Shown here: piece by piece, positions 38,126 to 47,292 of the stretch
Layout of the letters: each line of letters opens with the position of its first letter
Position numbering within the stretch: the first letter of the stretch is position 1
From: a candidate division Zixibacteria bacterium CG_4_9_14_3_um_filter_46_8
GTDB taxonomy: Bacteria > Zixibacteria > MSB-5A5 > UM-FILTER-46-8
Assembly (NCBI GenBank): GCA_002791595.1
Contig: PFXJ01000092.1
Location: 17,847-81,846 of the forward strand
Direction: 5' to 3'
Length of the DNA: 64,000 bases
Program-made: the position numbers and the translations under genes
Notes under the pieces: generated by a model
Database searches by the model: none
What the model was told of the DNA's origin: nothing
What the model saw: only the letters and a program-made list of their open reading frames with translations

Positions 38126-39736
38126 ATGCTCCATCAATATTACTTGACTTTCTATTTATCATTCAATATTATCTCAAATACCTTTATACTCAAAGTTGGA
38201 TTTGATTCTACAATAATGGTTGCTGGTTTATTGGAAAACTCTTGTAGCAAAATTCATCTGGGACTCCTTACCATTCTGGGATTCTCTTTTTGGTTCTTGG
38301 TGGGATTCCCCTTCGCGAATTATAATGAGTCATATGTATGGATAGCCCTTCTCAATAAGCTCGGATTTTGGGATACTTTTACTCATCGGTTTGAAGTAGT
38401 CGTGAGTTTTAGACCACTTTTTCAGGCTTCTGGTTGGCTGGCATATCGGCTTCTTGGCAATTCGATGAATCCGGTACAGATCATCAATTATGTATGGGCG
38501 ATGACATCGTGGCTCATTCTTTTTGGGGCAATAAAAGAAAAGAGGGTTTTTAGTCTGTTATCTCTTGTCGTTGGGGGAGTATTCTTTTCGGGCTACATTT
38601 ATCTTTTTACTTTACACGGAATTGGTTATAGCTCATTACTTTTCATGACTGCAATTTTATTTTACAAGGAGTCAAATTATTTTTCGAAAGCAAGTATTAT
38701 CCAATTATTCCTTTTGACTTTCATTTGTTCGCAATTTCACTCTTTCGCCTTTTTGTTGTTCCTTGCTTTCACTGCGGGAATGATGCTTGAAAAGAGGAAT
38801 GAAATTGCCAGGTGGCAGATCTTAGCGGTATTGATATTCGCCCTAGCAATGATAATGACCGGCTATATTGAGATGAGAATTTTCTACGAGAAGGTTCCCT
38901 CCCTGACAAACCTTGATTTTCTCAATGTGCTTTCAACGTATAAGACAGTAGAAGTCAATCGATTAGCATCATTGGTCTCTCTCTCATTGGTTATTATAAC
39001 GATAATGAGTATGAGGCTCTCCGCGCTAATTAAAATGCTGGTAACAGCAACGGCTACTTTGCTCTCGATTTTCTTTATGAACGTGGGTCTACCGATTATT
39101 ATGTTATGGATATTCACATGCCTTCTTAAGGCAATAATCCTCAAGAAATGGTCCATAGCGTCTTTAATTGGTATGGCGTTTTTGATCCCTTTATTCGGCT
39201 ATCGCGGACACCCTACTTACGCTATCATGGTACTTATGGCATGTGCCGCTATTGTTCCGATGGGTTGGCCTGCATTTGAAGCTAAGTTGGGGTTCTTTAA
39301 TGCAAAGATAGCGTCCTCGTTGACAGCAATTGTGCTGGTAATCGCCCTTACATTGAGGATGGGAGTGGATTTGCCGATTATATCAAAATTGGCGAATCCC
39401 TTGCTGGCAGAAAAAGAAAAAACCTTCCAACTGGAAAGTGTTATCAAATGGGTTATGCAATCCCAGTATAGTGATTATGAACTAAGGTTCAACAAATCGA
39501 AGTATTCTCTAACTTCGGTGGAGCATAAAATCGATCGCACCAATAGACCCCCTACACTTCAACAATTTCTCGATTATTATATGGATTGGCTGCGTCCTGC
39601 CCATCAGAAGGATATAGAAAATTCCCGATCCCTGCTGGTCTGCTTCGGTAGCGAAAAAATTGAGGGTGCGGGCATTTTGTATGTAGTGAAGGGAAAATAC
39701 GCGGGAGATGCGATAGTATATCTTCAATCCGAATGA
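38126..39736 (+). CDS. Hypothetical polytopic membrane protein (possible GT-C-type glycosyltransferase or mannosyltransferase-like)
   Basis: More than 12 predicted TM helices plus a C-terminal soluble domain. No catalytic motif identified. Confidence 0.5.
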   Translation: MLHQYYLTFYLSFNIISNTFILKVGFDSTIMVAGLLENSCSKIHLGLLTILGFSFWFLVGFPFANYNESYVWIALLNKLGFWDTFTHRFEVVVSFRPLFQASGWLAYRLLGNSMNPVQIINYVWAMTSWLILFGAIKEKRVFSLLSLVVGGVFFSGYIYLFTLHGIGYSSLLFMTAILFYKESNYFSKASIIQLFLLTFICSQFHSFAFLLFLAFTAGMMLEKRNEIARWQILAVLIFALAMIMTGYIEMRIFYEKVPSLTNLDFLNVLSTYKTVEVNRLASLVSLSLVIITIMSMRLSALIKMLVTATATLLSIFFMNVGLPIIMLWIFTCLLKAIILKKWSIASLIGMAFLIPLFGYRGHPTYAIMVLMACAAIVPMGWPAFEAKLGFFNAKIASSLTAIVLVIALTLRMGVDLPIISKLANPLLAEKEKTFQLESVIKWVMQSQYSDYELRFNKSKYSLTSVEHKIDRTNRPPTLQQFLDYYMDWLRPAHQKDIENSRSLLVCFGSEKIEGAGILYVVKGKYAGDAIVYLQSE

Positions 39737-39831
39737 TGGCATTCCTGAAGCATAGCTCAAAAACATATCAAAGCGGGCATCTGTCCCCAGCAACGGCAAA
39801 TTGACAAATATCAAGTCTTGGTTGCCTTAGT

Positions 39832-40362
39832 TCAGGCTTTGCGGTTGGGCTTAACCGCCCGATTTCTTAGTTTCCTGCGCAACTTTGGCCAATGCTCTTT
39901 TGCTAAGATGAAACCTATGCATTTTGCTGAGCCGCAATAGCATGGATGATCCTCACAGCAGTCATAATCATATCCATAGTTATAAGTTATCTCCTCGCCT
40001 GGTGAAATATCACGCGTCGCAACTATCCAGATATGCCCCCTAAATATTTCTGATTCGCAATTAGCTTCGCAGGAGTGGTTGATATATTTGGCGAGATTAT
40101 AAGGCACATCCCCATCTATATCGTGCCTCTTATTGAGCGTAAATAGATATACGCGCCCTTTATCTTTGCGTCTTGGGTGTATGTTTTCATATTTCTCATA
40201 ACGTCGGTCCGATTCCGCCTTGGAGATTTTCTCTCCAACATATTCAATGATACGTGTCCCGTTCTCTATCTCGCTGGTTGCGAATACTCCTGTACCGTGG
40301 ATACGAGATTTTTTTGCTCGGATTTTAAGCGCCACTTTATTTCCCATATTGGTCATTCTCAA
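39832..40362 (-). CDS. SET-domain protein lysine methyltransferase
   Basis: GTGVFATSEI, NHSCEANC, the EEITYNYG tyrosine motif, and a post-SET cysteine cluster CCEDHPCYCGSAKC. Confidence 0.75.
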   Translation of the reverse strand: MRMTNMGNKVALKIRAKKSRIHGTGVFATSEIENGTRIIEYVGEKISKAESDRRYEKYENIHPRRKDKGRVYLFTLNKRHDIDGDVPYNLAKYINHSCEANCESEIFRGHIWIVATRDISPGEEITYNYGYDYDCCEDHPCYCGSAKCIGFILAKEHWPKLRRKLRNRAVKPNRKA

Positions 40363-40424
40363 TCCAGATAATAATCATAAACAGGATTTGATACTCGCGA
40401 TTGCCTCATTTCCCCTGATCGAAG

Positions 40425-40859
40425 TCATTCGTGAAGGTCTTCGAGACTGCTTTCGGTGATATTGTCCAGAACACCATTTACAAAACGCCCCGAATCTTTA
40501 GTGCTGTATTTCTTCGCTAGTTCGATTGATTCATCAATTGCCACTTTGCGAGGTATTTCCGGTAAAAACACTATCTCGCAAACCCCCATCCTGAGGATAT
40601 TGCGGTCAACAAGAGCTACCCGGGACATTTGCCAATTTTGAAGGTTTCGTTTGATTAGTTCGTCGATTGTAGCTTTATTTCGAAGAACAGTCCTGAAGAG
40701 TTTTTCCCCGAAGAACTCCGCTTTCTCGCCCAAATCATATCGCTCATAACAATAATTCCAAATTTCCTGCAGAATCTCGGGACTTTCCCTGTATTCGCCT
40801 GCTTCAAAGGCATAGAGCGCTTCAAGAACCGCTTGTCTGGCTTTTCGTCTGGGACCCAT
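40425..40859 (-). CDS. nusB: Transcription antitermination factor NusB
   Basis: MGPRRKARQAVLEALYAFE... and the 144 aa length. Lies downstream of ribH, as in many bacteria. Confidence 0.85.
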   Translation of the reverse strand: MGPRRKARQAVLEALYAFEAGEYRESPEILQEIWNYCYERYDLGEKAEFFGEKLFRTVLRNKATIDELIKRNLQNWQMSRVALVDRNILRMGVCEIVFLPEIPRKVAIDESIELAKKYSTKDSGRFVNGVLDNITESSLEDLHE

Positions 40860-40936
40860 ATCTATTTTGCAAAGAACAGAAAAATAATTAATGCTAAATA
40901 TGTTTCTACTGTCAAATAGGATTAAGAACGGTTTCT

Positions 40937-41401
40937 TCAGATCATAGTATAAAGGTTGGCCATCTCAATAGCTGAAAGCGCCGCATCCCAGCCTTTATTG
41001 CCAGCCTTAGTGCCGGCCCTCTCGATGGCCTGTTCGAGAGTGTCGGTAGTGATGATACCATAAATAACGGGTATGCCGGTCTCCAACGAAACATTTGCCA
41101 CACCCTTTGTCACCTCCGCGGCGATGTAATCAAAATGCGGAGTGCTTCCCCTTATTACCGCCCCGATAGCGATTACCGCGTTATAGGTCTTTGACTGGGC
41201 CAAACGCTTGGCGGCATAAGGTATCTCAAACGAACCTGGCACTCTGACAATAGTGATATCCCCGTCTTTGCATCCGTGGCGATAAAGACAGTCTAAGGCT
41301 CCCTCAAGGAGCTTATCAGTAAGAAATTCATTGAACCGGGAAACAACCAGAGCGAATTTTTTCCCGGCGCCATTAAGATCGGCTGATATTGTTCTGGGCA
41401 T
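40937..41401 (-). CDS. ribH: 6,7-dimethyl-8-ribityllumazine synthase
   Basis: [20 protein letters not shown]...PGSFEIP matches the lumazine synthase fold. Confidence 0.9.
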   Translation of the reverse strand: MPRTISADLNGAGKKFALVVSRFNEFLTDKLLEGALDCLYRHGCKDGDITIVRVPGSFEIPYAAKRLAQSKTYNAVIAIGAVIRGSTPHFDYIAAEVTKGVANVSLETGIPVIYGIITTDTLEQAIERAGTKAGNKGWDAALSAIEMANLYTMI

Positions 41402-41413
41402 GCATTCTCCTTG

Positions 41414-42625
41414 CTATTTCGGTTTTAGGTTAAGAAGATGACCGAGCTTATCTCGTTTGGTCTCAAGATAATGCAGGTTATATTTATTATTCTCGACCTC
41501 CAGCCTTATGCGGTTGGTTACCTTCAAACCATGGCCTTTTAGCGCCACTATTTTCTTGGGATTGTTAGTTAGAAGACGTATGGAACTCAATCCCAAATCA
41601 CGTAATATTTGAGCTCCAACCCCATAGTCACGCAGGTCGGGCTCGAAACCAAGTTCAATGTTCGCTTCCACGGTATCTCGTCCATTATCTTGAAGCTCGT
41701 ACGCTTTAATCTTATTCGCCAGGCCGATGCCGCGACCTTCCTGACGCATATAAAGTAATACTCCGAGTCCTTCTTTTTCAATCATTTTCATCGCGGTAAT
41801 TAGTTGATCGCCGCAATCGCATCGCAATGAATGGAAAACATCACCGGTGAGGCATTGCGAATGCACCCTGACCAATATGTTTTCCTTCCCCGACACCTTT
41901 CCCTTGACCAAGGCGACATGGTGATGGTCATCGATATCACTGCCATAAAGGTGCATCCTAAAATGCCCGTACTGGGTGGGGAAATCGACTTCGGCTTCTT
42001 GATGCACCAATTTTTCGGTGCGCTGGCGATATTCAATCAGATCCTTCACCGTAATGATGCGCAAATCGAATTTCCCGGCTAATTCCATCAACTTAGGCAC
42101 ACGTGCCATCCGGCCATCCTCATCCATAATTTCGCAAAGGACTCCGGCGGGTTTAAATCCTGCCAGCCGCACCAAATCAACGGAGGCTTCGGTATGGCCG
42201 GCCCGCGCCAGCACTCCTCCTTGGAGCGCTTTAATCGGGAAGATATGCCCGGGGCGCGCCAGATCAGATGGTATGCTGTCATCATCAACCAAAACCTTTA
42301 TGGTGCGAGCCCGGTCCGCGGCGGAGATGCCTGTCGTCGCACCCGCGACCGCATCAACAGATATATGAAATCTGGTTCCATGCAAGGCGGTGTTGATCTT
42401 CGCCATCGGTTCCAGGTTAAGTCTCTCCAACCGCTCACTGGGCAAGGCGACACAAATCAAACCGCGTCCCTCACGGGCAATAAAATTAACTGCTTCGGGT
42501 GTGGCTTTCTCTGCCGCCATTATAAAATCGCCTTCATTCTCTCGATCTTCATCGTCGCAAACGATAACTATTTTGCCCTCCCTTATGGCCCCAAGCGCTT
42601 CCTCTATCTTATCAAATGAATCCAT
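41414..42625 (-). CDS. ribBA: Bifunctional 3,4-dihydroxy-2-butanone-4-phosphate synthase / GTP cyclohydrolase II
   Basis: N-terminal DHBP synthase ([12 protein letters not shown]) and C-terminal GTP cyclohydrolase II with CxCGDQ (CDCGDQ) and GRGIGLANK. Confidence 0.9.
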   Translation of the reverse strand: MDSFDKIEEALGAIREGKIVIVCDDEDRENEGDFIMAAEKATPEAVNFIAREGRGLICVALPSERLERLNLEPMAKINTALHGTRFHISVDAVAGATTGISAADRARTIKVLVDDDSIPSDLARPGHIFPIKALQGGVLARAGHTEASVDLVRLAGFKPAGVLCEIMDEDGRMARVPKLMELAGKFDLRIITVKDLIEYRQRTEKLVHQEAEVDFPTQYGHFRMHLYGSDIDDHHHVALVKGKVSGKENILVRVHSQCLTGDVFHSLRCDCGDQLITAMKMIEKEGLGVLLYMRQEGRGIGLANKIKAYELQDNGRDTVEANIELGFEPDLRDYGVGAQILRDLGLSSIRLLTNNPKKIVALKGHGLKVTNRIRLEVENNKYNLHYLETKRDKLGHLLNLKPK

Positions 42626-42632
42626 TATATCA

Positions 42633-43271
42633 TTACCAACCTTTCTCTTTCAGTTTGTCAATGGTCAAACTGCCAAGGGGATTGGAAGCATTTAACATAT
42701 TTTCTATATACTTGGCTATCAGGTCAAATTCGAGATTAACCGGATCGCCTATTTTCTTATATACCAAATTTGTGGACTGCACTGTGTGCGGGATCAGACT
42801 CACCGTGAAATGCCCGGGAAAGGCATCCACTACTGTCAAGCTGATCCCCTCCATAGCTATTGACCCCTTTGCCACCAGATATCGCCAGAATCTTTCCGGA
42901 TATTTCACTTCAATATCAACCTGCTCTCCCTTGGGGCTGATGCCGGTAATCTCACCAACGCAATCGATATGCCCCGAAACCAAATGCCCGCCCAAACGGG
43001 ATGACAGTGTCAATGATCGTTCGAGGTTCACTCGATCGTTCTGCCTCAAGCTCCCCAGATTCGTTTTCCCCAGCGTCTCTTTGATCGCCTCCACTTCGAT
43101 TGATTCGCGATCAAAATCAGTTACCGTCTGGCAGGCGCCATTAATATTTATGCTGTCGCCAATATGCATATCCGCCGGAACCACGCGGCATTTAATGCTA
43201 TACACTAACCCATCACCCCTTCTCCTGATGACTGCTACCTGCGCTACTTCCTCGATTATGCCTGTAAACAT
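42633..43271 (-). CDS. ribE: Riboflavin synthase alpha subunit
   Basis: MFTGIIEEV... and the duplicated lumazine-binding repeats ([19 protein letters not shown]). Confidence 0.9.
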   Translation of the reverse strand: MFTGIIEEVAQVAVIRRRGDGLVYSIKCRVVPADMHIGDSININGACQTVTDFDRESIEVEAIKETLGKTNLGSLRQNDRVNLERSLTLSSRLGGHLVSGHIDCVGEITGISPKGEQVDIEVKYPERFWRYLVAKGSIAMEGISLTVVDAFPGHFTVSLIPHTVQSTNLVYKKIGDPVNLEFDLIAKYIENMLNASNPLGSLTIDKLKEKGW

Positions 43272-43280
43272 AAGCCCTTC

Positions 43281-44375
43281 TTATGATTGAAAATCGGGAT
43301 ACCCTATAAATATAGACTCGTTATCAGTCCGACTCCAATAGAATGGCTTGAATCGGATATGTCTGCCTCGCCCCACCTTGCTATGAATTGAGCTGAAGGG
43401 CACACCATCGCCAAATAAATATGGAGCGTGTGAGAGAACAATCTTATCCACCGCTTTCTCATCAAGAAACGCATTAAAAACCTTACTTCCGCCTTCAACC
43501 AGGATCGAAAAGATGCCTTCCTTGGCGGCTCTTTCAAGAAATGCCTTTATTGAAATCTTCTTGGCCCGAGTCTTAATTGACCATATCTCCACATTCTTCC
43601 CATAATTGGCTTTCGGCGCCCGCATGGGGATTGCCACAATCGTCCGGATATTGGAGGCAGTGGATAATATGTCCAAATCCGATGGCAACATCCTATCGTC
43701 ACAAAAGACAATACGGACCGGATCCCGCCCCTTCACCAATCTGACATTCAATCTTGGATTGTCAACAATTGCGGTCTTTGCCCCAATCAAGACAGCATCA
43801 CAACCAGCCCTCAAATGGTGAACATAACCCAGAAAATCGTTACTGGACAGATAGCGGCTATCGAATTTGCTGGAATAAATGAATCCATCCAAAGACATGG
43901 CTGCTTTCAGAATCACAAAAGGGATTCCGGTCGTTTTGTATTTGAAATACATCTCATTTAGTTGGGCCCCTTCTGCTTCCAAGAGGCCGCTACGGACTTT
44001 AATCCCGTTTCTTCTGAGCTCCGTTAATCCATCTCCCTTGACAAAAGGATTATTATCTTTGTTTGAGCAGATAACTTCCTTGACGCCGGCCGCTATTATG
44101 GCTTGAGTGCATGGAGGCGTCTTCCCGAAATGATTACAAGGTTCCAAATTCAGATACATACTTGAACCCCGGGTTTTGCCCTTCGCCGCTTTGATTGCCC
44201 GTGTTTCCGCATGCGCTGCTCCGTAACCCCGATGAAAACCAACTCCAGCGATTTCATTTCCATTGACTATTACTGCTCCAACCATCGGATTGGGTGACAC
44301 TTTTCCCCAGCCCTTAAGCGCCAAGGAGAAGGCCATCCGCATCATTTTCCGATCTTTATCTGAAAACCTTGCCAT
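43281..44375 (-). CDS. ribD: Bifunctional diaminohydroxyphosphoribosylaminopyrimidine deaminase / 5-amino-6-(5-phosphoribosylamino)uracil reductase
   Basis: CMP/dCMP-type deaminase zinc motif HAETRAI...EPCNHFGKTPPC, plus a C-terminal RibD reductase domain. Confidence 0.9.
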   Translation of the reverse strand: MARFSDKDRKMMRMAFSLALKGWGKVSPNPMVGAVIVNGNEIAGVGFHRGYGAAHAETRAIKAAKGKTRGSSMYLNLEPCNHFGKTPPCTQAIIAAGVKEVICSNKDNNPFVKGDGLTELRRNGIKVRSGLLEAEGAQLNEMYFKYKTTGIPFVILKAAMSLDGFIYSSKFDSRYLSSNDFLGYVHHLRAGCDAVLIGAKTAIVDNPRLNVRLVKGRDPVRIVFCDDRMLPSDLDILSTASNIRTIVAIPMRAPKANYGKNVEIWSIKTRAKKISIKAFLERAAKEGIFSILVEGGSKVFNAFLDEKAVDKIVLSHAPYLFGDGVPFSSIHSKVGRGRHIRFKPFYWSRTDNESIFIGYPDFQS

Positions 44376-44572
44376 AAAAAAATCCCCACTTCGGGGATAT
44401 TATTAAATAAAGGTTATTGTCAATAGAAACTCGCGCACCAATAAACCTTCAACCTTCTTCCATCCGGACTATGGCCGTCGGCGTCAGAATTTCACTGGCT
44501 CAGCTTGCGCTCGCGGGCTTTCACCGCCGGTTAAGGAATTTCACCTCACCCCGAAGGTTGATATAAATTTAT
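44376..44572 (-). promoter_or_regulatory. FMN riboswitch (RFN element) with a terminator-type expression platform, leader of the rib operon
   Basis: The minus-strand reading is CUUCGGGGUGAGGUGAAAUUCCUUAACCGGCGGUGAAAGCCCGCGAGCGCAAGCUGAGCCAGUGAAAUUCUGACGCCGACGGCCAUAGUCCGGAUGGAAGAAGGUUGAAGG. It matches the conserved RFN blocks GGUGAAAUUCC, ACCGGCGGU, AGCCCGCGAGC, GACGCCGACGG and AGUCCGGAUGGAAGAAGG. It is followed by the hairpin AUCCCCGAAGUGGGGAU and a U7 run directly upstream of the ribD ATG. Confidence 0.85.
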
Positions 44573-44619
44573 GCATTTTTAGCGAAATGTCAAGTTAATT
44601 CGGCCTATTTTTTGGATGG

Positions 44620-44850
44620 GCTCCTTTGGGCTTATTGAAAAAGCGGGGCTGCCATGAAAAGGGAAGTGCTTTAGAAAATCCTTTTCTTTCTCTCCTTCTC
44701 CCATTAATTGGGAGAAGGAGTTGGGGGATGAGGGAGCTTATGGGGTTGCACCCTCATTCGTCCCGACCAATCGGGACACTTTCTCCCGACGAAGCAGGAG
44801 AAGGTTGAGATTATTTTTCGAGTTTCCTGGCTTTTTCAATACTTCCCTTT
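44620..44850 (-). repeat. Copy B (inverted orientation) of the ~250-bp TIR-flanked hairpin-rich repeat
   Basis: Its reverse complement aligns to copies A and C. It lacks the ~25-nt variable segment and carries the A-type variable hairpin (GUCCCGAUUGGUCGGGAC). It lies between the FMN riboswitch and the dtd promoter. Confidence 0.7.
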
Positions 44851-44921
44851 CCCAGCCCATCAGGGGTTTTTTATTGACATGCGCAGGCCTTAATGGTAAA
44901 TTTGAGAACTTTCGGAATTAT

Positions 44922-45362
44922 ATGAGAGTAGTAATCCAGCGCGCCAAGTCCGCTTCGGTCCGAGTCGAGGGGCGAACGGTGGGAGCTATCGGAATCGGTA
45001 TGGTTGTCCTATTGGGTGCCACGAAGGGCGATACTGAAGGTTCGGTGCGAAAAATTGCGGAAAAATTGATGCATTTGAGGATTTTCGAAGATGGCCAAGG
45101 GAAAATGAATTTATCTGCCAAGAGCGTAGGAGCCGAATTCTTGGTCATCAGCCAATTCACTCTTTATGCGGATACTTCCCGTGGCCGCCGCCCATCATTC
45201 ACAGATGCCCTCGAGGCCGCGGAGGCGGAGCGATTATACCTTAAATTGGCAGAATATCTTCGTGAGTCCGGCTTTAAGGCCGAAACCGGTCTTTTCGGAG
45301 CGAAGATGCAAGTGGAATTGGTCAATGATGGCCCGGCGACTTTCATCATCGAGGAAAAATGA
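44922..45362 (+). CDS. dtd: D-aminoacyl-tRNA deacylase
   Basis: MRVVIQRAKSASVRVEGRTVGAIGIGMVVLLGATKGD...SQFTLYAD and the ~147 aa length. The in-frame upstream extension to 44721 runs through repeat copy B, so I reject it. A TTGACA-17-TAAATT promoter lies at about 44873-44901. Confidence 0.85.
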   Translation: MRVVIQRAKSASVRVEGRTVGAIGIGMVVLLGATKGDTEGSVRKIAEKLMHLRIFEDGQGKMNLSAKSVGAEFLVISQFTLYADTSRGRRPSFTDALEAAEAERLYLKLAEYLRESGFKAETGLFGAKMQVELVNDGPATFIIEEK

Positions 45363-46015
45363 CGGTTATTAATTTCACAATCGAGAACGCTATCGCTAAA
45401 CCATCGGCATTATGGGTGAAAGCCGCTCTGAAGGATAAACCCTTCATCTTGGCTTCGAGCTCTCCCAGGCGGCGTCAAGTGCTGGAGCTTCTGGGACTAA
45501 ATTTTCAAATTTGCAATCCGATTGTGGACGAGTCCTTGTTGGCAAGTGGTGATGCCGCCGTATTCGCCGAAACTATCGCCGCCAGCAAGGTCGATGCCAT
45601 CAAAAGTAAATTCCCCGACCAGCTTATTATTGGCGCAGATACGGTTGTTGTCTTGGGCGAGCGAATCTTGGGAAAGCCGGGTGATGCTGATGAAGCTATT
45701 GAGATGCTTCATCTGCTTCGTGATAAAGAACACTGTGTCATCACCGCGGTGGCGGCATGTGGCCATGGGAATTATCAGCTGATTGTTTCTCACGAAAAGA
45801 CCCGTGTCTTTTTTAGGAACTACACGGAAACTGAATTGAGAGAATATGTTACTTCGGGTGAGCCGATGGACAAGGCCGGCTCCTACGGTATTCAGGGAAT
45901 GGGCAGTATATTGGTCGATAAAATCGAGGGTGAGCTTGATAATGTCATCGGCTTGCCGCTGAACTGCCTTGCTAATCTTTTGGGGAAAATCGAGTATGTC
46001 GGAAACCGCATATAA
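45359..46015 (+). CDS. maf: Maf-like nucleoside triphosphate pyrophosphatase (septum formation protein Maf)
   Basis: FILASSSPRRRQVLELLGL and GADTVV motifs. The start may instead be the GTG at 45416. Overlaps the dtd stop. Confidence 0.8.
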   Translation: MTVINFTIENAIAKPSALWVKAALKDKPFILASSSPRRRQVLELLGLNFQICNPIVDESLLASGDAAVFAETIAASKVDAIKSKFPDQLIIGADTVVVLGERILGKPGDADEAIEMLHLLRDKEHCVITAVAACGHGNYQLIVSHEKTRVFFRNYTETELREYVTSGEPMDKAGSYGIQGMGSILVDKIEGELDNVIGLPLNCLANLLGKIEYVGNRI

Positions 46016-46769
46016 AGGCGTCGGCGAACTGCTGCGGCGTGCCCGTGAGCTCAAGAAGCTGAGCTTCGATGAGGTTTATTCGGAGTTGAGGATCCATCCC
46101 AAATTTCTCGAAGCGATGGAAGAAGAGCAATTTGAAGAACTCCCCGGAGATGCTTACATCAAACCTTTTTTGAGAACCTATAGCATATTTCTCGGTATAA
46201 ATATCGACGAGAAATTAGATTCCGAACCTGAAAGAGAAATCGTAATTCCCAGTAAAATCGCCCCGGTTCCGCAGAAAAAAAGCAATCTTAAGAGGTGGCT
46301 TCAGGTTTCTCTCCTTTATCTGGGGGCATTGGGAGTGATTTCCATCATAGGCCTCAAGTCCGGCATTTTGGACATATATAGATTCAAACCACAAACCGTC
46401 TCCCCTACAGAGAAGATGTCCCCGGCCCCGGCACAACAGAACTTCCTTTTGGAATTGATGGTGTTTGATTCTTTGACAGCCATTGTCATCAGCCAGGATG
46501 ATACTCTGCTGGCACGCAAATTATGTCGGGGCAATGTAATGCGTTTCTCCAATCGCGATTCCTATGACCTTATTCTCACGCCGGCTCAAAATGGCCGCGT
46601 CTATGCCAATAGGTCCCCGTTATATTTCCCTGGGCTGGCAAACGATACTTTACGAATCACTTTGAATGAGGTGAATTATCAGCCTTATATTGACACTTTA
46701 TTTTTAGGCGAGGTACCCCATGAGACTAATCCAGAAAATCAAAATCAGCTTCATAAGAAGAAAATATAA
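45996..46769 (+). CDS. RodZ-like helix-turn-helix domain membrane protein
   Basis: N-terminal HTH (LLRRARELKKLSFDEVYSELRIHPKFLEAME), a single TM segment, and a C-terminal DUF4115-like domain. Overlaps the maf 3' end. Confidence 0.6.
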   Translation: MSETAYKGVGELLRRARELKKLSFDEVYSELRIHPKFLEAMEEEQFEELPGDAYIKPFLRTYSIFLGINIDEKLDSEPEREIVIPSKIAPVPQKKSNLKRWLQVSLLYLGALGVISIIGLKSGILDIYRFKPQTVSPTEKMSPAPAQQNFLLELMVFDSLTAIVISQDDTLLARKLCRGNVMRFSNRDSYDLILTPAQNGRVYANRSPLYFPGLANDTLRITLNEVNYQPYIDTLFLGEVPHETNPENQNQLHKKKI

Positions 46770-47292
46770 CAGCCACCCCTTTTCTTTCGGCGATATTTTG
46801 CACAAACCGCAGAGGTTGCTCGTAGCGTTGCCATCTTCACCAAAATTATCAATGATGTGCGGCGATATAATTACGTACTTCAAAGATATTTTTGATATTG
46901 ATGAGCTGAAGTTTGCTTTCAAAAACATTCCGGCAGGCGAGCTTCTCGAATTCATCCAAGGGTATGAAGTTTACGTTCCCAATGCGGACCAACCTTCGCA
47001 GCATGGTTTGCCTAATGCAGGATTTCTGGCGAAGGTTGTCCAATTCAATCCACAAGTCGCCATTGATTTGGAACCGACACGCGACCCGTTCAACTCCATA
47101 GTGCTACTCGAAAGCGGCGCCCCGGCCAGGCTCGGGCTGGATCGCGGATTTGGGCTCCCGTTCTATAATCTTGAGATCAGACCGCAATTAACTGGCGCCT
47201 TCAAAGAACATTGCGATGATATGTACGAATTCCTCATTGGATTCTTGAACTGGAATACTCCAGTTGCCTTCGAACCGGCGCCGGAGGTGTAA
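46720..47292 (+). CDS. Hypothetical protein immediately upstream of smc
   Basis: 190-aa ORF whose stop overlaps the smc start. No motif. The true start is uncertain, possibly a later Met near 46852. Confidence 0.4.
   Translation: MRLIQKIKISFIRRKYNSHPFSFGDILHKPQRLLVALPSSPKLSMMCGDIITYFKDIFDIDELKFAFKNIPAGELLEFIQGYEVYVPNADQPSQHGLPNAGFLAKVVQFNPQVAIDLEPTRDPFNSIVLLESGAPARLGLDRGFGLPFYNLEIRPQLTGAFKEHCDDMYEFLIGFLNWNTPVAFEPAPEV

Noticed and set aside
44721-44921. Long N-terminal extension of the dtd ORF (the track starts at 44721)
   Set aside because: The extension runs through repeat copy B. Dtd proteins are ~145 aa and begin MRVVIQR, and a good promoter lies between the repeat and 44922.
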